Below, in pieces: positions 47,492 through 58,265 of a DNA stretch of 64,000 bases. The stretch's first letter is position 1; the number at the start of each line of letters is the position of its first letter. A program made the position numbers and the translations under genes. The notes below the pieces were generated by a model that was not told the DNA's origin, made no database searches, and saw only the letters and a list, made by a program, of their open reading frames with translations. The stretch lies in NCBI GenBank assembly GCA_963801355.1, contig CAWDEM010000008.1, forward strand, positions 768,001 to 832,000, given 5' to 3'. This DNA comes from Ignavibacteriota bacterium. GTDB lineage: Bacteria > Bacteroidota > Ignavibacteria > UBA10030 > UBA6906.

Positions 47492-50236
47492 TCAGGACTC
47501 CGGTGGTGAGTAGTCTTCAACGACTTCCACCCACTCGCCGCCCACGAGTAGGAACTCCTGAGCGTCCTCGACCCGTACTGCATGCTGGCCGTCCGCTGAG
47601 TATTCAAAATCCTCAGCCTGCGAATTTGCTTCATTTTCGCCATTTTGGGATTCTGGGGGTAAATGGGGGTCCTCCGCCAAAGGTTTTACTACTGCGCGTA
47701 CGTGTGAAGAGCTATGTTTATTGACCCCCCTTGACCCACCTGCCGTTTTTGGCACATTTTCGCCATTTTTTGGATTTTGGGGTGAACTGGGGTCAACTGC
47801 GGTAATTTTTTCTAACACACGCGTATGGGAAAAATCCTGTAAATTGACCCCAGTTGACCCCAACTTCGTTTTTTGTTCATTTTTGAGCCTTAGCCCTATC
47901 CACAACCTTCGTTTTTGTCCAGTGCTCTCCACCTCCGTCCGAAGTCCGCGGGCCGCCAGCGCGTCCGCGAGGCGCCGGAGCTTCATCGGGAGCAGCGCCT
48001 GCGAGGTACACCACTCGACGTACTGCGCCTCGACTACCGAATGGGTGAGGTGCTCCACTTCCGGCACTCCGACGACGACAAACCTATCATCTATGAACCT
48101 TGCCACTGTATCGGAGTCCACCCTGTACGCCTGCACGGCGTCCACGACTGCTTGTGGCTCGACGAGTCCATTCGTCCTGTAGTCTACAAGTCCGCGTATC
48201 ATCCAGTTCAGTATTCCACTACCCTCGGCGAGGAATTCCTGCACAACCTCCTCCAGCGGGCGCCGAGCACCTTCCGGAAACTGATAATTGAACGGCACTT
48301 CCTTAACCCTGCGCCAGATACCACCTCCAGCACTATCGGCCACTCTCGGTTTTGTGTTTCCAAACATCCAGAAAATTGCACGGCTATCAAACTCAAAAAA
48401 GTTTCCGTGCAAGTTGCGGGCACGAATAGGCTCCCCACCCGTTAACACGTTAATAAGCGGGACGTTCAGGTACTGCTTGTCCGACACTTCCGAGACGGGT
48501 ACGAACAGAATATCCTTCAACGCGGCCAATGCTGGGGTTGCGGCGTTTCCGTCCGGCGCCCTATCGGCGGAGGCCAGTAGATTCATCGGAGCGCTCATGG
48601 CGTACGATCCATAGATTCGTAGCAGTACAGTTGTGAACGTAGTCTTTCCATTCGCTCCCGTAGGCCCGTAGAGGAAGGGTTGTATCTGCGCATCATTCCG
48701 TCCGGTGAGCATCAAGCCTGCCATCTGCTGGAGAAGGCGAACGCAGCCTCGGTCGTGCTGCACAATCAAGTCCAAGAAGGCCTCCCACTTCGGGCACTCG
48801 GCCAGTGGGTCGAGTTCGACGTCCATCTGCTTGGTATGCATGTATCGTGGTTCGTGCATGAGTAACTCCAGCGTGCGAGTATCAAGTACGCCGTTCCGAA
48901 GGTTCACAAAACGGGCGTCCGGGTTGTAGTCCTTGTTCAGTGTTATAATTGATGATTCATTTTTTCCAGCCATAGCCAGTACGGACTCCACGAGGCCATG
49001 ATTTTGATACTTGTTAAACCCACGTAGGAACACTGCTCGGTCATCCTTGTCCGGTATACTGGCCAAGTACACCACTTGATGCTCTATCGTATCCAACGCC
49101 TGCTGGAAGCTCTCCCGACGTCCATCCTCCACCCACAATCCATTTACGTAGATCATCCACACCTTGTCGTCCGCGTTCCACCGTACGTGCTCTCCATACA
49201 AGCCCACAAAACGGTGTGCGAGTTCGTTGTCGTTCCAGTAGGGCGCCCTGTCCGCGGGGTTCACTTCTCCATATCGGTGAAGTATTCCTCGTACTGTACG
49301 TTCAACTTCCTTATCCTCCATGGGTGGTGAGCAGTGGGCGGAGTTCCAATACAATCCAGCAGCCACAATAGCCTCATCCGATTTACCAGTCAATCCACGT
49401 TGACGGAGTTCAAGTCCGACGAGTGAAGTGAGGACTGCATTCCGACGGCCCTCCGGTACAAGTCCTTCATACGCCTGCTGGTAGTTCCGAACTACTCTCG
49501 GTACCACCGACCCCTCGGCGTTTACTGCCGATCCACTTAACTGCTGACCCTGCCTAGTTGAGGGCGAGTAGTCCATGGATTTAAGTGGTGTGGTGAACTT
49601 ATGGAACGCATCGACCACCGTTTCGACTTGCACAACCGCCGGTGGTTCGCTTGGCACGCGTTGATACATATCTTGCTGGGGGCACAATACCGTGTAGTGG
49701 TTTCTCCACCGAAGTTCCATATGCTTAAAGCTCGTGGCGTACTTGTCGTTCGCGTCGTTGTCCCATTTTTGTTCTCCATTCGGTAGTTCCCGTGTGCACC
49801 TGAACCACACGTGCCAGCCGAGGAAGGACAACGAGCGCTCTACCCACGGATAGTCCACGGGAAGTCCGAGGGCAGCCAGCAGTTCGTCCACTACATTCGT
49901 AGGAACTTCCGTCGGTGGTTCTTTTATGGCATCAACATCGATACACCTCCACGACTGGACGCCACTTACGACTGCGACGCTTATATCGGCCTGCGACCAC
50001 GGCATGCGCTCCACGTCCTCCACGGACTGGAGTTCAACTTCCCATTTTTTCCATTCCTCGACTACTGGTTTTTTGTTATCCACTTCACAACGGCAGGGTA
50101 ATACGTTTGCACCATGGACGTGCAGCTTGTGTGCTGTTTGTCGCGTGGTTGTAACTGGATGCACAAACTGATTTGGATTGACAAATTGTGGCAGGCTGCC
50201 ACTGGCGGGTAAAGCAACAACGGAATTGATAGACAT
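47492..50236 (-). CDS. Phage/plasmid P4-family primase-helicase (Prim-Pol, PriCT-1, D5_N, SF3 helicase)
   Basis: IDVD and GWHVWF primase motifs; EGRRN...CSPPM..KEV PriCT; LLNLRNG-like FVNLRNGVLD; Walker A GPTGANGKTT; GGIWRR. Confidence 0.92.
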   Translation of the reverse strand: MSINSVVALPASGSLPQFVNPNQFVHPVTTTRQTAHKLHVHGANVLPCRCEVDNKKPVVEEWKKWEVELQSVEDVERMPWSQADISVAVVSGVQSWRCIDVDAIKEPPTEVPTNVVDELLAALGLPVDYPWVERSLSFLGWHVWFRCTRELPNGEQKWDNDANDKYATSFKHMELRWRNHYTVLCPQQDMYQRVPSEPPAVVQVETVVDAFHKFTTPLKSMDYSPSTRQGQQLSGSAVNAEGSVVPRVVRNYQQAYEGLVPEGRRNAVLTSLVGLELRQRGLTGKSDEAIVAAGLYWNSAHCSPPMEDKEVERTVRGILHRYGEVNPADRAPYWNDNELAHRFVGLYGEHVRWNADDKVWMIYVNGLWVEDGRRESFQQALDTIEHQVVYLASIPDKDDRAVFLRGFNKYQNHGLVESVLAMAGKNESSIITLNKDYNPDARFVNLRNGVLDTRTLELLMHEPRYMHTKQMDVELDPLAECPKWEAFLDLIVQHDRGCVRLLQQMAGLMLTGRNDAQIQPFLYGPTGANGKTTFTTVLLRIYGSYAMSAPMNLLASADRAPDGNAATPALAALKDILFVPVSEVSDKQYLNVPLINVLTGGEPIRARNLHGNFFEFDSRAIFWMFGNTKPRVADSAGGGIWRRVKEVPFNYQFPEGARRPLEEVVQEFLAEGSGILNWMIRGLVDYRTNGLVEPQAVVDAVQAYRVDSDTVARFIDDRFVVVGVPEVEHLTHSVVEAQYVEWCTSQALLPMKLRRLADALAARGLRTEVESTGQKRRLWIGLRLKNEQKTKLGSTGVNLQDFSHTRVLEKITAVDPSSPQNPKNGENVPKTAGGSRGVNKHSSSHVRAVVKPLAEDPHLPPESQNGENEANSQAEDFEYSADGQHAVRVEDAQEFLLVGGEWVEVVEDYSPPES
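47632..47864. repeat. Iteron-like direct and inverted repeats, candidate replication origin
   Basis: TTGACCCC/GGGGTCAA doublets at 47721, about 47779 and 47843; CATTTTCGCCATTTT at 47632 and 47755. Confidence 0.65.
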
Positions 50237-50853
50237 AAAATCTCCCGAATATGTTGTTCTCGATTCCCTCCGGGGGCTGCACTATTCGGGTAATGCAACA
50301 GCCCGGAGGTGCACGAGAAGTTGTGTGAGAAAACTGTGGTGGTAGTTTGCAGCGATGGACTTCGCCGGTCGTGCGGCTACAGGGTCGGTGCCCAATTCTG
50401 AATCTTGTGTCGTGGTGCATGCTGCACCATTCTACACCCGATATGTAGCATTGAACTGAAAGTCTCCGCGCTACCCGCGCCAGTTCATGGTGAAAGCCGA
50501 GGCTTGCAAGGCAACGGCATGAGCGATGAATTATGGACCATCTGAGAGGACCAGCAGTTGCCCCTCGTTGTCGGGAGGCGGCCCTGCCAGTCGGTCTCAT
50601 ACTATAAATAGCAGATGACCGAAGGATTTTATATAGGGCCAACGCAGTTTTTCCCCCGCAGGGTGCATCCCTTGGAGGCCGACGACTTTTCCGCCGAATC
50701 GATTGTCCTGTTCGTATCTTTCTTCGTTGTTGATTGCTGCCATTTTAGCGTTTCCACTCGTGGGCGGCGTTTGCCCCTTTCACTCGATCTATTGCGGGCC
50801 TCGAATGAGATGATCTAATGCCCAGCCTGCATATGACTTTACTCCTCCCTTTT

Positions 50854-51378
50854 TCACGAAGCACTTTTCAAACCATCCCTTCTTGGATATTCACGCGCGT
50901 TGCCTGACCCGACGGAGCGTGCAATCGGGGGTGAAATCGACAATTCCTTTTGAACTAGGGATTCACTTGCATCTGCTTCCGCAATCGCGAAGATTCGCAG
51001 TGCGATCTTATCCAGCACGCCCGCGATATACTCAAGCTCTTGCGGCATATTCCACAAATGCTCTTTGATCGAGCTACTGATGCCATAGACTTGCTGGCCA
51101 ATGATCTCAATTGCGACGCTGTTGCCGTTGTCGTAATTGGGGTCTCTAATCGTTCTCTTGGACAATTGGCTTTCCGTGCCTCCGTTTTTGGCAGCTTCAC
51201 AGTATTCATCCCGCAGGTCTCCCTCTCCGAATTCGCTGCAATGGCAATAGAATTCGATGATTTCGTTGTCAGCCAATTTGCTCATAACACTCTTGGGCAC
51301 GAAATCTAGAGCATTCAGGCGTAATCTTAGCTTTGTTGCCAAGATCGACCGTTCCTCGGATGTCATTGGGTTTGACAA
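50854..51378 (-). CDS. Hypothetical protein
   Basis: GAGGAGG RBS before TTG; no motif recognised. Confidence 0.55.
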   Translation of the reverse strand: MSNPMTSEERSILATKLRLRLNALDFVPKSVMSKLADNEIIEFYCHCSEFGEGDLRDEYCEAAKNGGTESQLSKRTIRDPNYDNGNSVAIEIIGQQVYGISSSIKEHLWNMPQELEYIAGVLDKIALRIFAIAEADASESLVQKELSISPPIARSVGSGNAREYPRRDGLKSAS

Positions 51379-51534
51379 ATGTTCCTCCTCTTTTGATTTT
51401 GCAACTATTTGCCGGCTGGTTGCGGCTCCGTCTTGCTTGGTTTGTCGTTGATTGATATTGTCGCTTACTACGTTGCCAGTGAGTGCATTGTCGCATGAAA
51501 GCTTCTTTGTTGGGTACGCGTCGTCCCCATCCGA

Positions 51535-51783
51535 TCATGGATGGTAGAATTCTGCAAGCTGCTTTGCCCACGCTGCGACATCGACAACACATGTTTCGGC
51601 GAATGAATCACCGCGATTGGCACGCAATTGTTTCGTGCGCTCCGCATCCCGTCGCACCGCCTCCACATAGAAGTTCCACATCTCATCTGAGAGGTCAGGG
51701 AACGGGTTTGGGATTCTCGTCTGTTCGTCGACAATGGTGTATAGGGCGCGTTCGTGTTTCTGCGTTTCTCCAATTGACTTCAT
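51535..51783 (-). CDS. Hypothetical protein
   Basis: AAGGA RBS before ATG 51783. Confidence 0.55.
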   Translation of the reverse strand: MKSIGETQKHERALYTIVDEQTRIPNPFPDLSDEMWNFYVEAVRRDAERTKQLRANRGDSFAETCVVDVAAWAKQLAEFYHP

Positions 51784-52033
51784 AGTGTTCCTTTGGGTTA
51801 TGGTTGATCTATCAAATGTCGTTCGTAGTGTGTTGGTATTGTGTGAACGGCAGAGCAGCCCTTCCGTTCCCGCCATTACCGTGACAATTGTCGTTCGGAG
51901 TTGCCATCATCTTGACCTTTGTCATTGTGATCCCCCTATAGGTTATGAATCCCGACGGACACTCAGCGGAGTACAAGGAGGACCCGCCCGGATGCCCTTG
52001 AGATTCGGATTATGTTTGCTCTTAGCCAGCCGC

Positions 52034-52642
52034 CTACTTTTTCTTGAACACCATCCACGTACACGCATTCTGCCTCGGATGCGTCGCGGTCTTCCATTTT
52101 GTATCGATGATCACCGACCGCCGCGGAAGGATGTGCATGCCCTGCAATTCAAATCCAAACTCCACGGCAGCCGTATAGAATTCCGAGGTTGCAAAATGAA
52201 ACTTCGCCCTGTGCGTGTAATCAATGAGTTTGACGAGCAGTAACCCTCCGGGGAGTAAGACCCTCCGTGCTTGCTCCAAAAACGGCCGGTAGGTATGATA
52301 CAGGTTATCGCCTCCGACCCCTGTTCCATACTTTGCCGCGAACTCGGTCTTTGACTTTCCTTGTTCCGTGCTGTGGGGTGGATCGAAGACAAGGATGTCC
52401 CACACTTCGGGATCGTATGGAATGTCCATGAAGTCCCCAACCACATCGGGGTGCACACTAGGATCGATATCCATGCCGGTGTGGGTATACCGTGATTTAC
52501 CACGGCCCCAAATGCGACCAACGTTTACGGTCACGTCCAGAATAAATGGATCATCCTTTGGACAATAAAAGGCGATCATCTCGTCCAGAAATTCCCAAGG
52601 GGTTCGTCCGAACTCCTGCACAGCAAACAATGGTTTATACAT
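52034..52642 (-). CDS. Orphan phage-type amino-DNA methyltransferase
   Basis: ILDVTVNVGRIW SAM-binding-like motif, catalytic-like FDPPH, RRVLLPGG. Confidence 0.75.
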   Translation of the reverse strand: MYKPLFAVQEFGRTPWEFLDEMIAFYCPKDDPFILDVTVNVGRIWGRGKSRYTHTGMDIDPSVHPDVVGDFMDIPYDPEVWDILVFDPPHSTEQGKSKTEFAAKYGTGVGGDNLYHTYRPFLEQARRVLLPGGLLLVKLIDYTHRAKFHFATSEFYTAAVEFGFELQGMHILPRRSVIIDTKWKTATHPRQNACTWMVFKKK

Positions 52643-52917
52643 CTGTCCCCCCAATAAATTAATGGTGCCTGTAGAGCATGAGAGCCAGCCCATCCCGTCC
52701 GTATCCCAAGCGCGAGATCGGACGGAGCTCATGTGGTTGGCGCCACTGGTGGTCTGTCAGTGGTTAATACTGTTTGGAGTTCTACTGTCTGAGACGGGGC
52801 CAGTCACTGACTCGGTTGTGACCAGTTCGATTGCGGCGGGGTCTCTGCTCTTCTTCTACGCTGACAATCTAAAGCGATCATCGTCGCTCAACGCTCATCC
52901 GACAAATCAGATATTAT

Positions 52918-53280
52918 CTATTCAAGATAATTCAACTTCGCTGTTTCATCCGGAGTCAAGTCCGGTGGCAGTGCTTCCAGCATTGCCGTCAACCGTGCGT
53001 CTTCTGCTGCACGTGCACGCTCCTCTTCCGTGCTTCCAGTGTTGCCGCACTTGACCATCCGCTGGCGTTCGACCGGCATCTTCGCGATTTCGACGTCCGC
53101 CTCGCAGTGTCCGACATCACCAGCGATCTCCAACAGTTTGTCCTCTTCAATCTGGCGCTCAATATCAGCATCGGTCATTTCCCTGTAGGAATCATCGTCT
53201 CTTGCCGATCCTGCGAGGTAGCGTGGATCGTGGTAGATAGGGTCGTCATCGTGTGACTGTCTCGTTCTTACAATTGCCAT
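52918..53280 (-). CDS. Hypothetical acidic protein
   Basis: CAGGAGG RBS before ATG 53280. Confidence 0.6.
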   Translation of the reverse strand: MAIVRTRQSHDDDPIYHDPRYLAGSARDDDSYREMTDADIERQIEEDKLLEIAGDVGHCEADVEIAKMPVERQRMVKCGNTGSTEEERARAAEDARLTAMLEALPPDLTPDETAKLNYLE

Positions 53281-53294
53281 GGTGTGCCTCCTGC

Positions 53295-53561
53295 TTATTC
53301 GTAACAGTTGGTCATAAAATTGAACCAAAACCGAGCACCATCAGGCATGACATACTCATAGGTATACAAGTCCTGAATGCGACCTGTGCGTCGAGCACGA
53401 ACACCACGATGTGCGAGTATTGGGTATGGACTATAAATGTATTGGCGTTTCATTTTTTGTACCTCTTTCATTTGTGCGACTCTAAGTTCCTGCGTTAATT
53501 CAATCTTTGAAACCGAAACCCTAGCCGGTATTGCCATCGGTGCGGCAAGAACGTCGGACAC
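53295..53561 (-). CDS. Hypothetical protein
   Basis: Fills the operon gap; no motif. Confidence 0.5.
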   Translation of the reverse strand: MSDVLAAPMAIPARVSVSKIELTQELRVAQMKEVQKMKRQYIYSPYPILAHRGVRARRTGRIQDLYTYEYVMPDGARFWFNFMTNCYE

Positions 53562-53592
53562 TTCCGCCGACGAGGGTCGAGCGCTCTACCGC

Positions 53593-54210
53593 TTACGCCT
53601 TGATGAACGGACGGAGACTCTTCATGGCCGTCATCGTCTCATGTTCTTTCTGAAGGCGACGAAGCGCGTGCACAATGTGGTTCTCGGCGTTCTCTCCATT
53701 TGCCACCATGCCGATGTAGTGCGACTCCTCGTCGTCGTTCACATATTGCCCCACGACCTTGTCAATTGCATCCTCCAACGTCATCGCGACCTCCGCGTGG
53801 CCAGCAGGCAACGCAGGGAGTTCTAACCGTTCGCGAATTTCCTGTTCGGTCTGACCGATCATAGAGCCAGCCAGATCGCCCTTGCGACGATTAGCGTCCC
53901 AATCTATTGTATCGCCCTCGCCGAGCACGCGGGCGTCTCGCACTTCTCCCGCACCGAGCACACGACCGTCGGCGTCTCGGTGACAGTGGTATGCCTCATC
54001 GTCAGAGAGGCGGACAACGAACTCGAAGTCGCGGAGCAGTCCCGCGAGAATACCAACCTCGGTCTCTGTCTTGTCCAGCAGTTCACCGAACTCCGCGCTC
54101 ACGTCCTGTCCATCGACAGTCACGCTGGTTACTAGACCACTGCCGTCCGTTTGGCAGACGACCACACGCCCATCCTCCCACTGGAGGACAAAACTTTTTA
54201 GTGCTTGCAT
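53593..54210 (-). CDS. Hypothetical protein
   Basis: AAGGGAG RBS; first gene of the small-ORF run. Confidence 0.65.
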   Translation of the reverse strand: MQALKSFVLQWEDGRVVVCQTDGSGLVTSVTVDGQDVSAEFGELLDKTETEVGILAGLLRDFEFVVRLSDDEAYHCHRDADGRVLGAGEVRDARVLGEGDTIDWDANRRKGDLAGSMIGQTEQEIRERLELPALPAGHAEVAMTLEDAIDKVVGQYVNDDEESHYIGMVANGENAENHIVHALRRLQKEHETMTAMKSLRPFIKA

Positions 54211-54431
54211 GATGTTGCTCCCTTATATTGTACCGCTCTCGCGGAGTCAGCCGCGTCTGTCTGCCGATCAGCGGGTCGGCGCCGTTACATCATTTTGTCT
54301 GTTTTGGGCAAATCGTCCGCCGCGTCGTAAATCTGGAACGATCCATAACAACCCCTTTCGGTTTATGCTACATGTGGACTTATTTGCTGTCTGCTTCACC
54401 ATTTCGCATCCGGTCTTCATTAGCTCAGCAC

Positions 54432-54566
54432 AAAAAACAAAAACCGTTGAAGCACCCAGTATCTGAGACCTGAGTTGCTCACAACGGCTATGCTACCGTG
54501 TTTGACTCTGGCCACGGTAGTAAGATACACACGATCCACGTGGAGCAAGACAGTTGTCCACGTGGG
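54432..54566 (-). promoter_or_regulatory. Paired palindromic operators followed by a hairpin and a terminator-like stem
   Basis: TCCACGTGGR at 54535 and 54557; CTACCGTG/CACGGTAG hairpin; AGCCGTTG...CAACGGTT stem followed by a U-rich tract on the minus strand. Confidence 0.5.
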
Positions 54567-54600
54567 AAAATGAATCTACAAATCTATTACCATATCCGAC

Positions 54601-55380
54601 TCAGCGCAAACGAATTTTGCGGCGGCGATACCTTCCTTCGATTGCTTTTGCACTGAGTTTGTATTTGAGAAACGATTTTGATCTCTTGGCAAGGTCGCCA
54701 TATGCTTTCTCCAGTGTCAATCCCTCTCTAATGAGTCCATCTATTTCTTCCTGAATTGTGGAATTTAGAACGTCACGCTCATACTTCCCAAGCCTTAGCT
54801 GACCGGTCACCTCATGGGTCTGTTCGGGATCGCCTCTCTCTTTAGCTGCAAAATCATGAGTGTTCATTTTATGCAGTTTCGAAGCCCAAAAATCGTTGAC
54901 GTAGGCTCTTTGTTTGCTCGGTGGGTAGTTCAGGATACGTCGAAGAGCGCGTTGGACGGCAAGTCTGACCTTCGTTCGAGATGCCTTCATTTTGGGCATC
55001 AGGTACAAATAATCGCCGTGGCAGACATCGTCAAAGACATCTTGCAAGTCACTTGGCAAGAGGTTTCGGAAGGCCTCCTGCAATCGACTGTCAATGTGAT
55101 TCACATGTTCAGCCAAGGCCTGATCCACATTCTTGGATTCAAAAGCCTTCCATTTTCCAGCCGCCTTCATTTCCTCTATCTTCTTCACCAACGTCGAGGA
55201 GTCTACATGGTCATTGGTGAGATCAATATCGAAGCGGCGTTTGAAGGCCAATCGCAGAACACTCCGCCGGACGCTCTCGTCAGTCTCATCGATACACGCG
55301 AGTTCGTTGGCGAGTGCGCTAATCCTCTTCTCAAACGGCAGAGAAAGTTCAGGTGGCGAGGCCTTCATTTTCACTTTCAT
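54601..55380 (-). CDS. Hypothetical protein with possible C-terminal HTH (start uncertain; ORF open to 55635)
   Basis: Helical; C-terminal LTLEKAYGDLAK...LSAKAIEGRYRR. Confidence 0.6.
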   Translation of the reverse strand: MKVKMKASPPELSLPFEKRISALANELACIDETDESVRRSVLRLAFKRRFDIDLTNDHVDSSTLVKKIEEMKAAGKWKAFESKNVDQALAEHVNHIDSRLQEAFRNLLPSDLQDVFDDVCHGDYLYLMPKMKASRTKVRLAVQRALRRILNYPPSKQRAYVNDFWASKLHKMNTHDFAAKERGDPEQTHEVTGQLRLGKYERDVLNSTIQEEIDGLIREGLTLEKAYGDLAKRSKSFLKYKLSAKAIEGRYRRRKIRLR

Positions 55381-56273
55381 TCTTGCATGCCTTCCTTTAT
55401 CATACCGATTCCTGTCGACAACTGGTTTCCGTGGTACCTGCACAGAATCAACAATCCTTCGAGAAAGGACAGGAATTTCGGCAAAAAGAGCAATGGAAGG
55501 ATGCCCCTTCAATCTGCCCAGTCTTACCCAAAAGACGATATCTAATGCGTATGGAGCGTTGAGGACTTCGCGCAGTGGGCATCTGCGGAGGGGGGGGTCG
55601 CCCATCGCAAACACAGGCTCCCCCAATCGCTCCACGGGCGTCTACAGCGCACGATAGACGGCACCCCGCCATCGCGAAGTACCTCCGGCAAGACGGCGGG
55701 CGGATGATTAAGACATCTTGAAGTAGACACCTGTGGCGGGCCGAAAATACAGAAGGCGGCGATTTCAAATCGTGTCAGTTTTGCAGCGGTCTATGGGTAG
55801 TGGAGCCGTCCATATTGCTCAATTCAGGCAGTCATGGCACTTCTGTGGAACTGAACCGCTCACGGACACTTCGTCGCAAGTGCTGGTGACAGCTTTTCCG
55901 AGCGCTTTGCTGACCGCTTGGGGGCAGCTTCTTCCCGACGGAAAAAGCTGTCAAAAAGCTGTTACTTTACGCGCTTTGTGAGGCGAGTGCGAAGAGTGCA
56001 TTTTTGCGCTATTTGACGGTTCAGCGGGAACTGTCACGCACACCCATAGCACGGCACCCCCAACCCTCCTGTCGCGCCCCGTGGGTAAGAACACGCAGCA
56101 CAAACATTTCCGACCACATGGGCAAACAAGCACACCAATTGTGCGTGCAATTGCCCAAAATCCGCTCGAAATCAAGCCTTGTGATTTGGCTCGACAATTG
56201 CGCGTACTACCCTCGGATGGTTCCGTTCTTTCTGCTATTTCAATACTCTTTGCACGGTAATAGGGGGAATTCC

Positions 56274-57606
56274 ATGACGAGAAGAATGATTTGTGCCGCC
56301 ACGTACTCTCTGTATTTGGTCATGCTGTCTGGTTGCACCAAATCAGACGATCCTGTATCCACCGCAGACACCGCTGCGCCCGTAGTATCGATCCTCTACC
56401 CAATGAACAATGCGATGATACCTGACACAGTCATCGTCCAAGTGAATGCCACCGACAATGTGGGGGTGAGCAAAGTAGAATTCTACATAGATGGCTCCCT
56501 GCAAAGTACACGTGCCACTGCACCTTGGGAGTATAAATGGCTCACTAATGGGCTGGCACCTAACAGTAGCCACATATTTCTTGCGAAAGGCTATGATGCT
56601 GCGAACAACGTAGGTTCCTCACCAACGATAACCGTCACCAAATCCCCTGACACGATTCCACCAAGCATTTCCATCACTACGCCAGCGAACAACTCCATAG
56701 TAATAGATTCGGTGCTGATCCAAGTGAATGCCACCGACAACGTGGGAGTCCAGAAAGTGGGGTTCTTATGTTGATGGGATTCTTTCATCAACCCGGTGGA
56801 GTGCACCTTGGACATTCATGTGGGTTGTTACGGGTCTTCCGATCAACAGTAGCCATTCAATCCAAGCCAAGGCGTACGATGCTTCAACTAATGTGGGGAC
56901 ATCCCAATCCATAAACGTTACAGCCCGACCGAGAACCTCTGAATATTCAGTGGATGCGAACACCGTAGGTTTATGGCATTTGAATGAGACCAGTGGCAAC
57001 ACTGCACTTGACGTGACTGGCAACAACAATGGATGGATTTCTGGGACGACTACGGTGACGGGTCATTTTGGAAATGCTCGGAATTTCGATGGTGTCAGCC
57101 ACAATATCCGAATCAGCTTCTTGCCCGCCTACAGAGTCCAGAACTTCACGGTAGAGGCTTGGGTAATGAATACTTGTTCAAACATCTCAGCGTGTGGGGG
57201 GGACATACCGTGTATCTTTGGAATGACTGACGGCGGTTCACTCAGCGACGGCGGTGGAGCCTTGGTGATTTATTCAGACCTACAATTCGGTTTCGGTGCC
57301 CGTGGCACTACGAGCAACATGGTAATCAAGTCAACATCAATCGCAGCCGCGGGTCAGTGGTTTCACGTTGCAGGAGTAAGGACGAGCGATGGTACGAACA
57401 CGATGCTCAAACTTTATGTCAATGGAGTCTTAGAAGCATCACAGACATTTCAGAACAACTTAGCCCAGTTCACAAACACATCATACATCTACTTTGGTGA
57501 CCAAGGTGATAGACTCGGTGTGGGTTATCGCCGTTGGTTTGGCTCAATTGATGAAGTTCGATTCTCCAACAAGGAGCGGACACCGAACGAATTCAATATC
57601 CCATAA
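56274..57606 (+). pseudogene. Lipoprotein with two Ig-like repeats and a LamG domain, +1 frameshift near 56766
   Basis: MLSGC lipobox; repeat 1 KVEFYIDG versus repeat 2 AAA GTG GGG TTC tTAT GTT GAT GGG; LamG motifs FTVEAW, WFHVAG, LYVNG and GSIDEVR. Confidence 0.85.
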
Positions 57607-57763
57607 TTAGAGGCGTTGTTCTGCCTCTCTGAAGGACCTGTCCCTGTCGACTGGAGGCGTGCGGGGGCAGGATCGGTGACGGGAGGTCGAAACTTGGGCA
57701 GTGCAACACTGATATGCTTGACAGCAGTCTGTATGTCCGAGGTTTTGCAGGAGAATCCTATCA

Positions 57764-58183
57764 TCATTTTCTCTCGGCTCGTTCATCGAGCAATAGGACA
57801 TCAATCCCCTTGGCAATAACTTCATGTAGGAGCTTGATTCGTGCACCAATCTTATCTCGACTCGCAGTCTTTGTTTCCTCGGATAGCCCCCTAAGTCTCA
57901 CCAGCCGAGAAAACTTATCGATATCATCAGGAAGGAAGATCGGGTTGTGAAGCAGTTCTTCATGGCACTCGTAACAGAAGACATCTGATTTGCCTTCCAC
58001 ATTCCACGGACATACGTCGAATATTGGGTCGCGCTGTGTACCCGGTCGATTGCCAGAACGACCAAAGAATCGCTCAGGGACATAATGATGCTCCGTTGCA
58101 TGGGAACGACCTCTAACTGTTGGGGTTGCATAGTTGCCCGTGCGGTGCACAGTGCATCCGCAGATCGAACAAGATTCAGGCAT
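57764..58183 (-). CDS. HNH-like zinc-binding endonuclease
   Basis: CSIC...EHHYVP...FCYECHEELLH pattern. Confidence 0.62.
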   Translation of the reverse strand: MPESCSICGCTVHRTGNYATPTVRGRSHATEHHYVPERFFGRSGNRPGTQRDPIFDVCPWNVEGKSDVFCYECHEELLHNPIFLPDDIDKFSRLVRLRGLSEETKTASRDKIGARIKLLHEVIAKGIDVLLLDERAERK

Positions 58184-58265
58184 ATAGAACTCTTCTCCAT
58201 TGGGCCGTCCGACCTTTATCGGTATGCCCCAGTCCCTCGGTGCTGTCGTTTGTCCGCATGCAGCA

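Noticed and set aside
56360-56900. Internal DNA repeat (CCAAGTGAATGCCACCGACAA twice) as a mobile or DGR repeat
   Set aside because: Explained by tandem Ig-like protein domains
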